DNA of 64,000 nucleotides from an uncultured Acidobacteriota bacterium (GTDB taxonomy: Bacteria > Acidobacteriota > UBA6911). How positions within the stretch are numbered: the first letter of the stretch is position 1; the number at the start of each line of letters is the position of its first letter. Below, piece by piece: positions 30,151 to 39,426 of the stretch. A program made the position numbers and the translations under genes. Under the pieces are notes generated by a model, which did not search any database, had not been told where the DNA came from, and saw only the letters and a list, made by a program, of their open reading frames with translations. The stretch is from assembly GCA_963809485.1 (NCBI GenBank), contig CAWEJX010000001.1, positions 448,001 through 512,000 of the forward strand. Reading direction: 5' to 3'.

Positions 30151-33100
30151 CTAGTTCAGGTCACATCGCAGACACCTGCGCGCTTCTTTCATCGCCTCGT
30201 GCGCTGTCAGGGCAGGGACGATTTCCTCGAAGCTTCCGACCCGTCCCACCACCGGCACCTCGTTGGCGTGCACCCGCCGGGAATCCATCATCTCGTCCTC
30301 AGGCACGCTTACGGCATCGACGTGCATATACGGCTTGGTGACCTCATACTTCCGTTCCAAGGGCGCGCCATCCACCCATCGCTCGATCGACTCCGCTGCC
30401 CGCTGGCCTGCGGCAATGGCTTCGATGACCGTGTTGGGTCCGGTAACGGCGTCGCCGCCCGCGAATATGCCAGGGACGTTGGCGCCCATGGTTTCCTCGT
30501 CGGCCTTGATCGAGTCCCAGTCTGTGATCGCAAGTCCCGCGTCCTTCCTGATATAGGAGGTGTCCGGGCGTTCGCCGATCGCCGTGACCAGTGTGTCCAC
30601 TTCGACGCTGAACTCCGAGCCCTCAATGGGCACGGGGCGGCGTCTTCCGCTGGGATCAAAGTCCCCGAGCTTCATCCGGATGCAATCGACGGCCTTGATG
30701 CGCCCCTGCTCCACGTGCACCTTGATGGGATTCGCGAGGAAGTGGATCTCGATGCCCTCCTCGATCGCGGCATCGACTTCTTCCTTGAAGGCAGGCATCT
30801 CGGCACGGGTGCGTCGATAGATAAGCGTGACCTTCTCACAGCCGGGCAGTCGCCAAGCGACGCGGGCAGCGTCGACGGCGGAGTTGCCGCCGCCGACGAC
30901 GGCGACCCGCTTCCCGATTTTCTTGCCCCCATTCACGTTTACCTCTGTCAGGAACTCCATCGACTTCATGACGCCTCCGGCATCTTCGCCCGCGATGCCG
31001 AGCGGCATGCTCCGATATGCGCCGGTGGCAAGGAACACGGCCTTGTAGCCCTGCTGGGTGAGATCATCAAGGGTGAAGTCCCTGCCGAGCTTCTTGTTGC
31101 ATTGGATTTCGACGCCGGCGGCTTGGATCATCTTTACTTCCCGCTCGACCACCCGACGGGGCAGGCGGTATTGGGGGATTCCGGCCACGAGCATCCCCCC
31201 CGGTATCGGAAGCGAATCGAAAATGGTCACGCCAAAACCCCTCATGGCAAGTCGATGGCCGCAAGCAAGTCCCGCGGGGCCGGCGCCGATGACGGCGATA
31301 CGTTCCATCCGCTTCGGATGCCCGTCGCTGGTCGCGGGCTTTAAGTCCTTCTGCTCGGCATAGTCGGTGATGAACCGCTTCAGCGCGCGAATCGAGATCG
31401 GGTCTCCGCCGTCGCCGGAGCGGCACTTCCGTTCGCACGGGTGGTTGCATACCCGACCGCAGATTCCGGGCAGTGGGTTGTCCATCGAAATGGTCTTCCA
31501 CGCGGCATCGAAGTCGCCATGCGCAATCTGAGCGATGTAAACCGGCGCCTTTGTGTCAATGGGGCAGGTGTGCTGGCACGGCGACGAGATGATCGCTTTG
31601 CACACCGCTGCACTGCATCGCCTCCGTTTGATGTGCTCCTCATACTCCTTCCTGAAATGGCGGAGCGTGCTTAAAACCGGATTAGGAGCGGTCCCGCCCA
31701 AAGCACATAGTGAGGCGCCTCTGGCTGCCTCGGAGATCTCCTCCAGAAGCTCAATATCCCCCTCTTTCCCCTTCCCCTGAGTGATATTAGTCAGAATCTT
31801 AAGCATCTGCCGGATGCCTTCACGGCATGGGGTGCATTTGCCACAGGATTCATCATTAAGCAAGTTAAGAAAGTACTTGGCGACATCAACCATGCAGGTG
31901 CTTTCATCCATGACGATCATGCCACCTGAACCCATGATTGCGCCAACTTTGGCCAGTTCTTCAAAGTCGACTTTTATATCCAGGTAATCTGCAGGGATGC
32001 ATCCTCCGGATGGGCCGCCAGTCTGAACTGCCTTATACGCCTTGTCTCCGGGGATGCCGCCGCCGACGCTATAGATAATATCTCTCAGAGTTATGCCCAT
32101 CGGCACTTCTACGAGGCCGGTATTCTTCACCTTGCCCACCAGCGAAAATATCTTGGTGCCTTTGCTTCCCTCCGTACCGATTGATGTAAAAAAATCAGCC
32201 CCGTTGTTGATAATCAAAGCAACATTAGCCCATGTCTCCACGTTATTTATGGTTGTCGGCTTGTCCCAGAGTCCTTTCACGGCGGGATAGGGCGGCTTTT
32301 GTCTTGGCTCTCCCACCTTGCCCTCCAGAGACCTGATGAGAGCCGTTTCCTCACCGCACACGAAAGCACCGCCGCCACGGTTGATCTTCACGTTGAAGGT
32401 GTGACCGGAGCCCAGGAGGTTGCGGCCGAGAAGCCCCCTTTTATTAGCCTCCTCGATGGCGAACGCCAGGTTCTCGATGGCGAGGGGGTACTCGTCGCGG
32501 ACGTAGACGTACGCCTCGCGGGCGCCGATGGCGTACCCGCCGATGATCATCCCCTCGATCACCGAGTGGGGATTTCCCTCCAGAACGCTGCGATCCATGT
32601 AGGCGCCCGGATCACCTTCGTCCGCGTTGCAGATGATGTATTTTTCATCGCCCGGGCTTTTTCGGCAGAACTCCCACTTCAGACCGGTCGGGAAACCCGC
32701 CCCGCCGCGACCTCTCAGGCCGGATTTTTTGACCTCCCCGATCACCTCTTCGGGCGTCATCCCGAACAGCGCCTTAGCCATGGCCTGGTACCCGCCCAGC
32801 CGGATGTAGTCCTCGATGTCACGCGGATCGAGCTTGCCGTTGCTGGCAAGGACAATGCGCTTCTGGTACTTGTAGAAGGGAATATCCTCTTCGCGGACGA
32901 TCTCAGCTCCGGTCTGCGGGTGCCGATAAAGGAGCCGATGAACGATTTCACCCTTCTCGATCGTTTTCTCGATGACCTCCTCGACATCCGCCGGCTTCAT
33001 CTGCTGGTAGAAGATGCCCTGGGGATGGATGACAACGACCGGCCCCCGCTCGCAGAATCCGTGGCACCCGGTAGTCTTGAGCAGACACTTCCCCTCGAGG

Positions 33101-33267
33101 CCCCGCTCCGCGAACAGCCGTCTGAACTCGCTGACAACGGACTGGCTGCCGCAGGCGAGACAACCCGTGCCGCCGCAGATCGACACGTAAGGCGTGTCCG
33201 GTTTCACGGCGTCGACGAGCATCTCCCTGAGCTTGTTCAGCTGCTCTACATTCTCAAGTCGCGTCAT
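30151..33267 (-). CDS. bamH: BamH: NuoF-like NADH/FMN subunit fused to a GltD/NfnB-like FAD-NAD(P) domain (~1038 aa)
   Basis: SGLRGRGGAGFPTG, CNADEGDPGA, FVCGEETAL and ESCGKCTPCREG; then PCQHTCP, CGRVCNHPCE, IGAGPAG, GGGNSAVD, YRRT and EARRCLRCD. The ATG overlaps the bamG stop. Confidence 0.85.
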   Translation of the reverse strand: MTRLENVEQLNKLREMLVDAVKPDTPYVSICGGTGCLACGSQSVVSEFRRLFAERGLEGKCLLKTTGCHGFCERGPVVVIHPQGIFYQQMKPADVEEVIEKTIEKGEIVHRLLYRHPQTGAEIVREEDIPFYKYQKRIVLASNGKLDPRDIEDYIRLGGYQAMAKALFGMTPEEVIGEVKKSGLRGRGGAGFPTGLKWEFCRKSPGDEKYIICNADEGDPGAYMDRSVLEGNPHSVIEGMIIGGYAIGAREAYVYVRDEYPLAIENLAFAIEEANKRGLLGRNLLGSGHTFNVKINRGGGAFVCGEETALIRSLEGKVGEPRQKPPYPAVKGLWDKPTTINNVETWANVALIINNGADFFTSIGTEGSKGTKIFSLVGKVKNTGLVEVPMGITLRDIIYSVGGGIPGDKAYKAVQTGGPSGGCIPADYLDIKVDFEELAKVGAIMGSGGMIVMDESTCMVDVAKYFLNLLNDESCGKCTPCREGIRQMLKILTNITQGKGKEGDIELLEEISEAARGASLCALGGTAPNPVLSTLRHFRKEYEEHIKRRRCSAAVCKAIISSPCQHTCPIDTKAPVYIAQIAHGDFDAAWKTISMDNPLPGICGRVCNHPCERKCRSGDGGDPISIRALKRFITDYAEQKDLKPATSDGHPKRMERIAVIGAGPAGLACGHRLAMRGFGVTIFDSLPIPGGMLVAGIPQYRLPRRVVEREVKMIQAAGVEIQCNKKLGRDFTLDDLTQQGYKAVFLATGAYRSMPLGIAGEDAGGVMKSMEFLTEVNVNGGKKIGKRVAVVGGGNSAVDAARVAWRLPGCEKVTLIYRRTRAEMPAFKEEVDAAIEEGIEIHFLANPIKVHVEQGRIKAVDCIRMKLGDFDPSGRRRPVPIEGSEFSVEVDTLVTAIGERPDTSYIRKDAGLAITDWDSIKADEETMGANVPGIFAGGDAVTGPNTVIEAIAAGQRAAESIERWVDGAPLERKYEVTKPYMHVDAVSVPEDEMMDSRRVHANEVPVVGRVGSFEEIVPALTAHEAMKEARRCLRCDLN

Positions 33268-33740
33268 GCTTCCACCTTCCCCGCTCCGGCAGCCTGGGCG
33301 CCCAGCAGCGCCGTGACTTTCCGAAGGTTCATCTGTCCATGGTATTCGCCATCCATTACCATCACCGGTCCCAGGGCGCAGCAGCCGACGCAGTTCACAG
33401 TATCCAGGCTGAACTTTAGATCCAGGTCCGTTTCGCCAGGGCTGATTCCAACCAGGTTTTGAACCGAGTCCAGAATACGTGGTGCACCACGAACATGACA
33501 GGCCGTGCCTGTGCATACGTGGATTTCATGACGCCCTTTTGGCATTAAACTAAAGACTTTATAAAAAGTGACAATTTGCTGTATCCGGTTTAATGGCACC
33601 CCTAATTTATTGCTGATCTTCTCTAATGCTTCCTTGGGAAGCCAGCGATTTTCGCGTTGAATCTCCAGTAATACTTGAATGAGCGAACTGGCATCGTCCG
33701 GATATTTATTTAGAATTTTATCGATGGTGTCGTTATCCAT
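33264..33740 (-). CDS. bamG: BamG (NuoE-like [2Fe-2S] subunit)
   Basis: VCTGTACHVRG and VNCVGCCALGP; start ATG 33740. Confidence 0.88.
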   Translation of the reverse strand: MDNDTIDKILNKYPDDASSLIQVLLEIQRENRWLPKEALEKISNKLGVPLNRIQQIVTFYKVFSLMPKGRHEIHVCTGTACHVRGAPRILDSVQNLVGISPGETDLDLKFSLDTVNCVGCCALGPVMVMDGEYHGQMNLRKVTALLGAQAAGAGKVEA

Positions 33741-33792
33741 AGCCGCTGTCCCAACTTTCTTCCTTCTCCCAACCCTGTCCAGGCCTCCCACC

Positions 33793-34560
33793 TCAGGCAA
33801 CAACAAAGCGCTTCCGGCTTTCATCGAACCGGGCCAATCCTTGCTTTGCTGAAATGCTCAGGTGTCTGGATACCTCAGGCGGGGCTATGCCCAAAATCTC
33901 CGAAAGCTCACCCGTGCTACGGGGTTTTTCCCGCAGGAGCGCCATGATCTGGCTTATAGTCAGTTTGTCCGCAATCAATTCCTGAAATAACCTGTGGACT
34001 TCGTCGCTGTTGAAAAATTCGGCATATTCTTCCGCCGAATTACAGCGCACTCTCAGCCTCTCCCTCTCCACCAACCGGATGTAAGGGACCAATTTCGTCA
34101 TCGCCTCAAGGCCGAATCTCAATCCGTCCATGTCTATTCCTTCACCTTTGCCGAGAGGCCCCAACTCCCTCACTTTTTTGGAAAAGTCATTCATGAATTC
34201 GGCGAAACGGATCCCTTCACCGGCGGACATCTGCTCGATTCGTATTCTGTCGGGGTCCACCCCCAGGTGTGCCAGCATTTTCTTGCAGAGTTGCACCATC
34301 CCGTAGGCATGGTGGTTTCCATTCGTAATATAATGGCACTCGTTCAGATGACACCCGCCGATAAAAACCCCATCCGTTCCCCTGGAGAAAGCGCGGAGCA
34401 CAAAGGCCAGGTCGACTCTACCGCTGCACATTACGCGGATCAGCTTGATATCCGTTGCATATTGTTGTCTGGAAACTCCAGCCAGGTCGGCAGCGCCGTA
34501 CGCTCACCAATTGCAGACGAATCCCAGGATCCTCGGCTTGAATGTAAGTCCTGTACTCAT
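33793..34560 (-). CDS. bamF: BamF: MvhD-like selenoprotein (Sec at codon 19) with a C-terminal wHTH-like extension
   Basis: ATG 34560 after a GGAGG RBS reads MSTGLTFKPRILGFVCNW-TGA-AYGAADLAG...RVMCSGRVD in frame. The TGA occupies the conserved Cys of MvhD CxWC. Confidence 0.9.
34469..34481 (-). promoter_or_regulatory. Bacterial SECIS-like hairpin in bamF
   Basis: CUGGA-GUU-UCCAG, with the G-containing apical loop about 27 nt downstream of the UGA (34504-34506). Confidence 0.65.
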
Positions 34561-34599
34561 TCCTTACGACCTCCTTCCTCGGTAATCCGGCCTTGTCCA

Positions 34600-37500
34600 T
34601 CAGGCCACAAACACTTCAGGAACCGCCGCGTCAATCTGGTCGATGATCGCCTCATCGAGATAATGCTTCAGAACAATCGCCCCGGTCGGACACTTTGTGT
34701 TGCACAGGCCGTCCCCTTTGCAGAGGACAGGATTGACCCGGGCTTTTCTGCCTTGCGGCGTTTCATAAAACTCCACGGCGCCATACGTGCACGCGCTGAT
34801 ACATGCGCCGCACGATACACACTTGCTTTCATCCACCTCGCAGACAGAGCCGGAGGCCACGACCGTATCGTGGGAAAGAAGAGTTATCGCCCGGCCCGCG
34901 GCACCATACGCCTGGCTGACCGCTTCCGATATGTGCTTGGGATAATGGGCAATCCCGCACAGATAAACGCCCTCCGCGCCGAAATCGACGGGCCTCAACT
35001 TGACGTGCGCTTCCTGGAAAAAACCATCCGGGTTCAAGGTAACCTTGAATAACGCGGCGATGTCCTTGCTTCCCGCTGAAGGAATAATGGCGGCGGCTAG
35101 AGCGACACAGTCGGCATCAATTCCGAGCTCCGTGCCCAAAATGGGATCATTCACCGCAACCCGCAAAAAGCTTCGGCCATTCTCGTTGACGGCTTCCACC
35201 CGGGGCTTATCCTCCGCTTCATAGCGGATAAACCTCACATCCTTGTCGGCGGCATCCCGGTAAAAATCCTCCCTGAACCCGTACGTCCTTATATCCCTGA
35301 ACAGAACGTAAATATCCATCTGCGGGTTGATCTCTTTCAGCTTCAGGGCGTTCTTTATGGAATGGCTGCAGCATATCCGGGCGCAGTAATTCCTGTCTTC
35401 CTGCCTGCAGCCCACACACTGGATCATTACCAGAGTCTGGGTGTTCCGCACCTTCTCTTCTCCCGCGGCGATCCGCTCCTCCAGTTCCAGCTGGGTCATG
35501 ACCCGCTCGTCTTTGCCGTAGAGGTATTCGGTGGGCTTGTATTCATCCGCGCCCGTGGCGATGATGGCCGCACCATGTTTAATCTCTATGCCCTGCCCCC
35601 CAGACTTCACCCGTGTAATGAAATTTCCCACATAACCGGTGGCTTCTGTAATGACGGCATCCGTAATCACGTGGATTAAGGGGTGCTGATAAACCTTGCG
35701 TATCAGATCGCGCAGGTAGGCCTGAACATCAAGCCCTTCCAGGGTATAGTGGATTCTTCGTGCGACTCCCCCGAGGTCCGTTTCCTTTTCGACGAGGTAA
35801 ACGTCATGACCCTGATTGACGATGCTCAGGGCGGCGGTCATGCCGGCCAGCCCTCCTCCGACCACCAGTGCCGACTTGTTGACCGGCAGATCGAATTCCT
35901 GCAAGGGCTCCAAATGCGCGGCCCGGGCAACAGCCATCCGGATGATATCCTTAGCCTTCTGGGTGGCGTCCTCTTTTTCCTTGGAGTGGACCCAGGAACA
36001 GTGCTCCCGGATATTCGCCATATCGTAAAAATACTGATTGATCCCCGCTTCCCGGAGAGTGTCCCGGAAAAGCGGTTCGTGCGTCCTGGGAGTGCAGGCG
36101 GCGACCACCACACGGTTGAGCCCTTTCTCCCTAATAGACGTAGCAAGGCGCTGGGCGGCGTCTGTGGAACATATGAAGAGGCTTTCCTCGGCATGGGCAA
36201 CATTGGGCAGGGTCAGAGCATAGCTGACGGTGGACGGCACATCAACCACTCTCCCGATGTTCGCCCCGCAGTGGCAGACATAGACGCCAACTTTGGGCTC
36301 CTCTTTCGAGACGTCCCTTTCCGGCGGATATACTCTCTCCTTGGCCAGCTTCCCCCGTCGGTAGGAGAGGAGTTCACCGCACTGGGAGCCAGCCCCGCTG
36401 GCGGTCACAACGGACTCTGGAATATCGATGGGGCCCTGGAAGGCACCGCTGATAAAGATACCCGGGCGGGAGGTCTGCATGGCATTCACAGGGTCGGTCT
36501 GGCAGAAATCGTGGGCATTGAGCTCGATGCCGAACTTGCTAGCGAGGCTCTTATAGTCGGCAGGAGGATTCAAACCGACGGACAATACCACCATGTCGAA
36601 CTCTTCTTCTTTGACGCCGTCTTCCGGAGTGGAATACCTTATAGTCACATTCTTGCTCCCGGGGATTTCCCTGCCCACGGAGGTGTAGCTTCTTATGAAT
36701 CGTACCCCGGGAAGCCTCTCCGCTCTCTGGTAGAACCGCTCGAAATCCTTGCCATAGGAACGAACATCGTTGTGGAAGATCGTGCACTCGGTCTCGGCGT
36801 CATGATCCTTTGTCAGAATCACCTGTTTCTGCGTATACGTGCAGCAGACGGCGGAACAATAGCTCCTGCCTCCGGGAATGACCTGCCGGGAACCAACGCA
36901 GTGAATCCAGGCTACCTTGTGCGGATGCTTCTTGTCGGTGGCACGCCGTATCTCGCCCTCATAAGGCCCGGTGGCGCATAGCAGCCGTTCATAGTCCAGA
37001 CTGGTTACGACGTTCTCAAACTTGCCATAGCCATAGTCTTCCCTCAGCTTGGGATCGAACGGCTCAAAGCCTGGAGACAGAACGATCGCGCCCACCTTGA
37101 CTTCCATCTTCTCCGGCCTTTGATTAAAGTCGATGGCGCCCGTCTTGCAGACTCCCTGGCAGATGGTGCATTTCTTCTCTTTCAGGTAAAGGCAGCTGTC
37201 ATCAATGTAGGTGACGAGGGGAATTGCCTGGGAGAAGTATATGTGGATGGCTTTGTTACCCGATATATTCTGATTAAACGGATCCGGGTATTTGACCGGG
37301 CAGTATTCCACGCAGGTAGTACACCCGGTGCACTTGCTCTCTATAACATATCGGGGCTTTTTCACGAGGGTAACCGTGAAGTTTCCGGCTTCCCCTTCCA
37401 CGCTGTCCACTTCGGTATAGGTCAGGATCTGTATATTGGGGTGCCTGCTGCATTCGACAAACTTGGGAGATTCGATGCACATGGAGCAGTCGTTGGTGGG

Positions 37501-37695
37501 AAAGGTCTTGTCCAGCTGCGACATATGGCCGCCGATGGTCGGCGACTTCTCAACCAGGTAAACCTTGAAACCCGCCGCGGCAAGATCCAGAGAGGCCTGA
37601 ATGCCGCTGATCCCTCCGCCGACCACCATGACATCCCCGAAATTGCCGTCCGCGGAAAACTTTGATTGCTGCTTTTCAACCGGTTCTTTTCCCAC
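34600..37695 (-). CDS. bamE: BamE (HdrA-like flavoprotein with two FAD modules)
   Basis: VGGGISG, LDKTFPTNDCSMC, VCHCGANI, VVAACTPRTHE, second VGGGLAG, YCARICC and a C-terminal ferredoxin. Confidence 0.92.
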   Translation of the reverse strand: MGKEPVEKQQSKFSADGNFGDVMVVGGGISGIQASLDLAAAGFKVYLVEKSPTIGGHMSQLDKTFPTNDCSMCIESPKFVECSRHPNIQILTYTEVDSVEGEAGNFTVTLVKKPRYVIESKCTGCTTCVEYCPVKYPDPFNQNISGNKAIHIYFSQAIPLVTYIDDSCLYLKEKKCTICQGVCKTGAIDFNQRPEKMEVKVGAIVLSPGFEPFDPKLREDYGYGKFENVVTSLDYERLLCATGPYEGEIRRATDKKHPHKVAWIHCVGSRQVIPGGRSYCSAVCCTYTQKQVILTKDHDAETECTIFHNDVRSYGKDFERFYQRAERLPGVRFIRSYTSVGREIPGSKNVTIRYSTPEDGVKEEEFDMVVLSVGLNPPADYKSLASKFGIELNAHDFCQTDPVNAMQTSRPGIFISGAFQGPIDIPESVVTASGAGSQCGELLSYRRGKLAKERVYPPERDVSKEEPKVGVYVCHCGANIGRVVDVPSTVSYALTLPNVAHAEESLFICSTDAAQRLATSIREKGLNRVVVAACTPRTHEPLFRDTLREAGINQYFYDMANIREHCSWVHSKEKEDATQKAKDIIRMAVARAAHLEPLQEFDLPVNKSALVVGGGLAGMTAALSIVNQGHDVYLVEKETDLGGVARRIHYTLEGLDVQAYLRDLIRKVYQHPLIHVITDAVITEATGYVGNFITRVKSGGQGIEIKHGAAIIATGADEYKPTEYLYGKDERVMTQLELEERIAAGEEKVRNTQTLVMIQCVGCRQEDRNYCARICCSHSIKNALKLKEINPQMDIYVLFRDIRTYGFREDFYRDAADKDVRFIRYEAEDKPRVEAVNENGRSFLRVAVNDPILGTELGIDADCVALAAAIIPSAGSKDIAALFKVTLNPDGFFQEAHVKLRPVDFGAEGVYLCGIAHYPKHISEAVSQAYGAAGRAITLLSHDTVVASGSVCEVDESKCVSCGACISACTYGAVEFYETPQGRKARVNPVLCKGDGLCNTKCPTGAIVLKHYLDEAIIDQIDAAVPEVFVA

Positions 37696-37711
37696 TTCTT
37701 TATGTCCTTAT

Positions 37712-38875
37712 CTAAATCAACTCCTGGATAATTTCCGTAATGTCCTTGACTTCCAGGGAATCGCCATCCTCCCGGTTCTTCCTGCTGTCCTCAAAATTGG
37801 TGATGCAGTATGGGCAGGAAGTAGCCAGCACCTCGGCCCCGACGCCGGTCACTTGATCCAGCCTGAGGTCGGAGAATCTTTCGCCTTTTATGGTTTCCAT
37901 CCAGATTCGGCCACCTCCTCCACCACAGCAGAGACTATCTGCCCGCGCATCCGGCATCTCCTTCAGTTCCAAACCAGGCACATTCTGCAAAATCTCCCGG
38001 GGTTCTTCATAGATGCCGTTATGCCGGCCCAGGTAGCACGGGTCATGATAGGTGACTTTCTTCGCATACTCTTTACTCAGCTTGAGCCTTCCCTCTCTCA
38101 TGAGTTCGGCTAAATATTGGGAGGTATGTACCACCTCGAAATTGACCTTGAACTCGGCATACTCGTTTTTAAAGGCGTGGTAGCAATGCGGGGAAGAAAC
38201 CAGGATTTTCTTCACTCCGTGATCGATAAAGGTTTTGATGTTTTCCTTGGCTAGGTGTTTGAACAAATCCTCATCGCCCGTCTTGCGGATGCTTTCTCCG
38301 CAGCAACTCTCCTTGGCGCCCAGAATCCCGAAATCCACACTTGCCTTGTTGAGGATGGCCACGGTAGCTCTGGCTACTCTTTTCAGCCTGGGATCATAGC
38401 TCAGGTAGCAGCAGGGGAAATATAAAATATCCATTCCCTCGGTGAACTCTTTGACCGGAAGGCCTTCCGCCCAATTGGCCCTCTTGGCCCTCTCTTCGTT
38501 CAAAGGATTGCCGTCACCCTGAAGGCTTGTGCTGACTCCGCGCAGAGGCTTGGCGGAAGCTGGAAAAACGCCGAACTCCGTGGCCAGCCTGCGCGAAGCC
38601 ACTCCGACTTCTATGATTCCCACTCCTCTGGGGCACCGCTGAGGGCATCTCCCGCAGGTCGTGCAGCGCCAGATCTCTTCGTTTTCGATCTCGGTCATAC
38701 CGAAGGTGGCTTGCCGGATCAGCTTGCGCATGCTGAAGGCGCGAACCCTGTTCCACGGACAGACCGTGTCGCACAATCCGCATTGATAGCAATATTTGAA
38801 GGCTTCTCCACCCTTCGCCTTAATGCCGTCCACTATTTCCTTGAAGTCGGCTATTGTCTCCACTGTCTTTCCCAA
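37712..38875 (-). CDS. bamD: BamD (HdrC/HdrD-like Fe-S, CCG-domain protein)
   Basis: CYQCGLCDTVCP, CTTCGRCPQRCP, ESCCG, TYHDPCYLGR and LCCGGGGG. Confidence 0.9.
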   Translation of the reverse strand: MGKTVETIADFKEIVDGIKAKGGEAFKYCYQCGLCDTVCPWNRVRAFSMRKLIRQATFGMTEIENEEIWRCTTCGRCPQRCPRGVGIIEVGVASRRLATEFGVFPASAKPLRGVSTSLQGDGNPLNEERAKRANWAEGLPVKEFTEGMDILYFPCCYLSYDPRLKRVARATVAILNKASVDFGILGAKESCCGESIRKTGDEDLFKHLAKENIKTFIDHGVKKILVSSPHCYHAFKNEYAEFKVNFEVVHTSQYLAELMREGRLKLSKEYAKKVTYHDPCYLGRHNGIYEEPREILQNVPGLELKEMPDARADSLCCGGGGGRIWMETIKGERFSDLRLDQVTGVGAEVLATSCPYCITNFEDSRKNREDGDSLEVKDITEIIQELI

Positions 38876-38886
38876 TCCTTAGTGTT

Positions 38887-39426
38887 TCATTCTTTCTTGG
38901 ACATCCGGGCAACGGCATCCATCAGCTTCTGCATCCCGTACTTGCCTGCCAGGGCTTCGAGCCCGATCTCCACATCCCCCGGCTTTACCTCCTCTTCCAC
39001 TTCCTCTTCCCTCTCCTCGTAGCTCAGGGCATCGTTCAGGCACCACTGAACGCACATCGGCTCCGACAGCGGCGGATCGGATTCGCACATGTCGCATTTC
39101 AGGGGGAGACCGGAATCGGGTTCCTTGAAAATCTCCCTGGACGAGCAGGAGGCTCTGCAGAAACTGCACTCGTCGTATTCCTTCCCGTCGATGATGTATT
39201 TGTCCCGGCCCATGCATTCGGCGCCGGCTTTTTCACCGGCATATACAGGAAGGTATAAGTCTCTTAAAGGTTCACGAATCAGCCGTATACGGGACCGCGC
39301 CGGATTGTTGCTGCTGTATTTGGGCGTCGCGTGAAAGGCCGAGCAGATGACCTCGCAGGCCCGGCAGCCGTTGCATTTATCCACATCGATCTTGATGACC
39401 TTGACCTTTTTCTTAACTTTGCTCAT
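38887..39426 (-). CDS. bamC: BamC ([4Fe-4S] small subunit)
   Basis: CNGCRACEVIC, ECSFCRASC and KCDMC...MCVQWC; overlaps the bamB 3' end. Confidence 0.9.
   Translation of the reverse strand: MSKVKKKVKVIKIDVDKCNGCRACEVICSAFHATPKYSSNNPARSRIRLIREPLRDLYLPVYAGEKAGAECMGRDKYIIDGKEYDECSFCRASCSSREIFKEPDSGLPLKCDMCESDPPLSEPMCVQWCLNDALSYEEREEEVEEEVKPGDVEIGLEALAGKYGMQKLMDAVARMSKKE

Noticed and set aside
30151-30153. Pyrrolysine or amber readthrough at the bamH TAG
   Set aside because: The protein ends at a natural GltD-like C-terminus (EARRCLRCD) and no pyl genes are seen; a relic tail is the simpler explanation.
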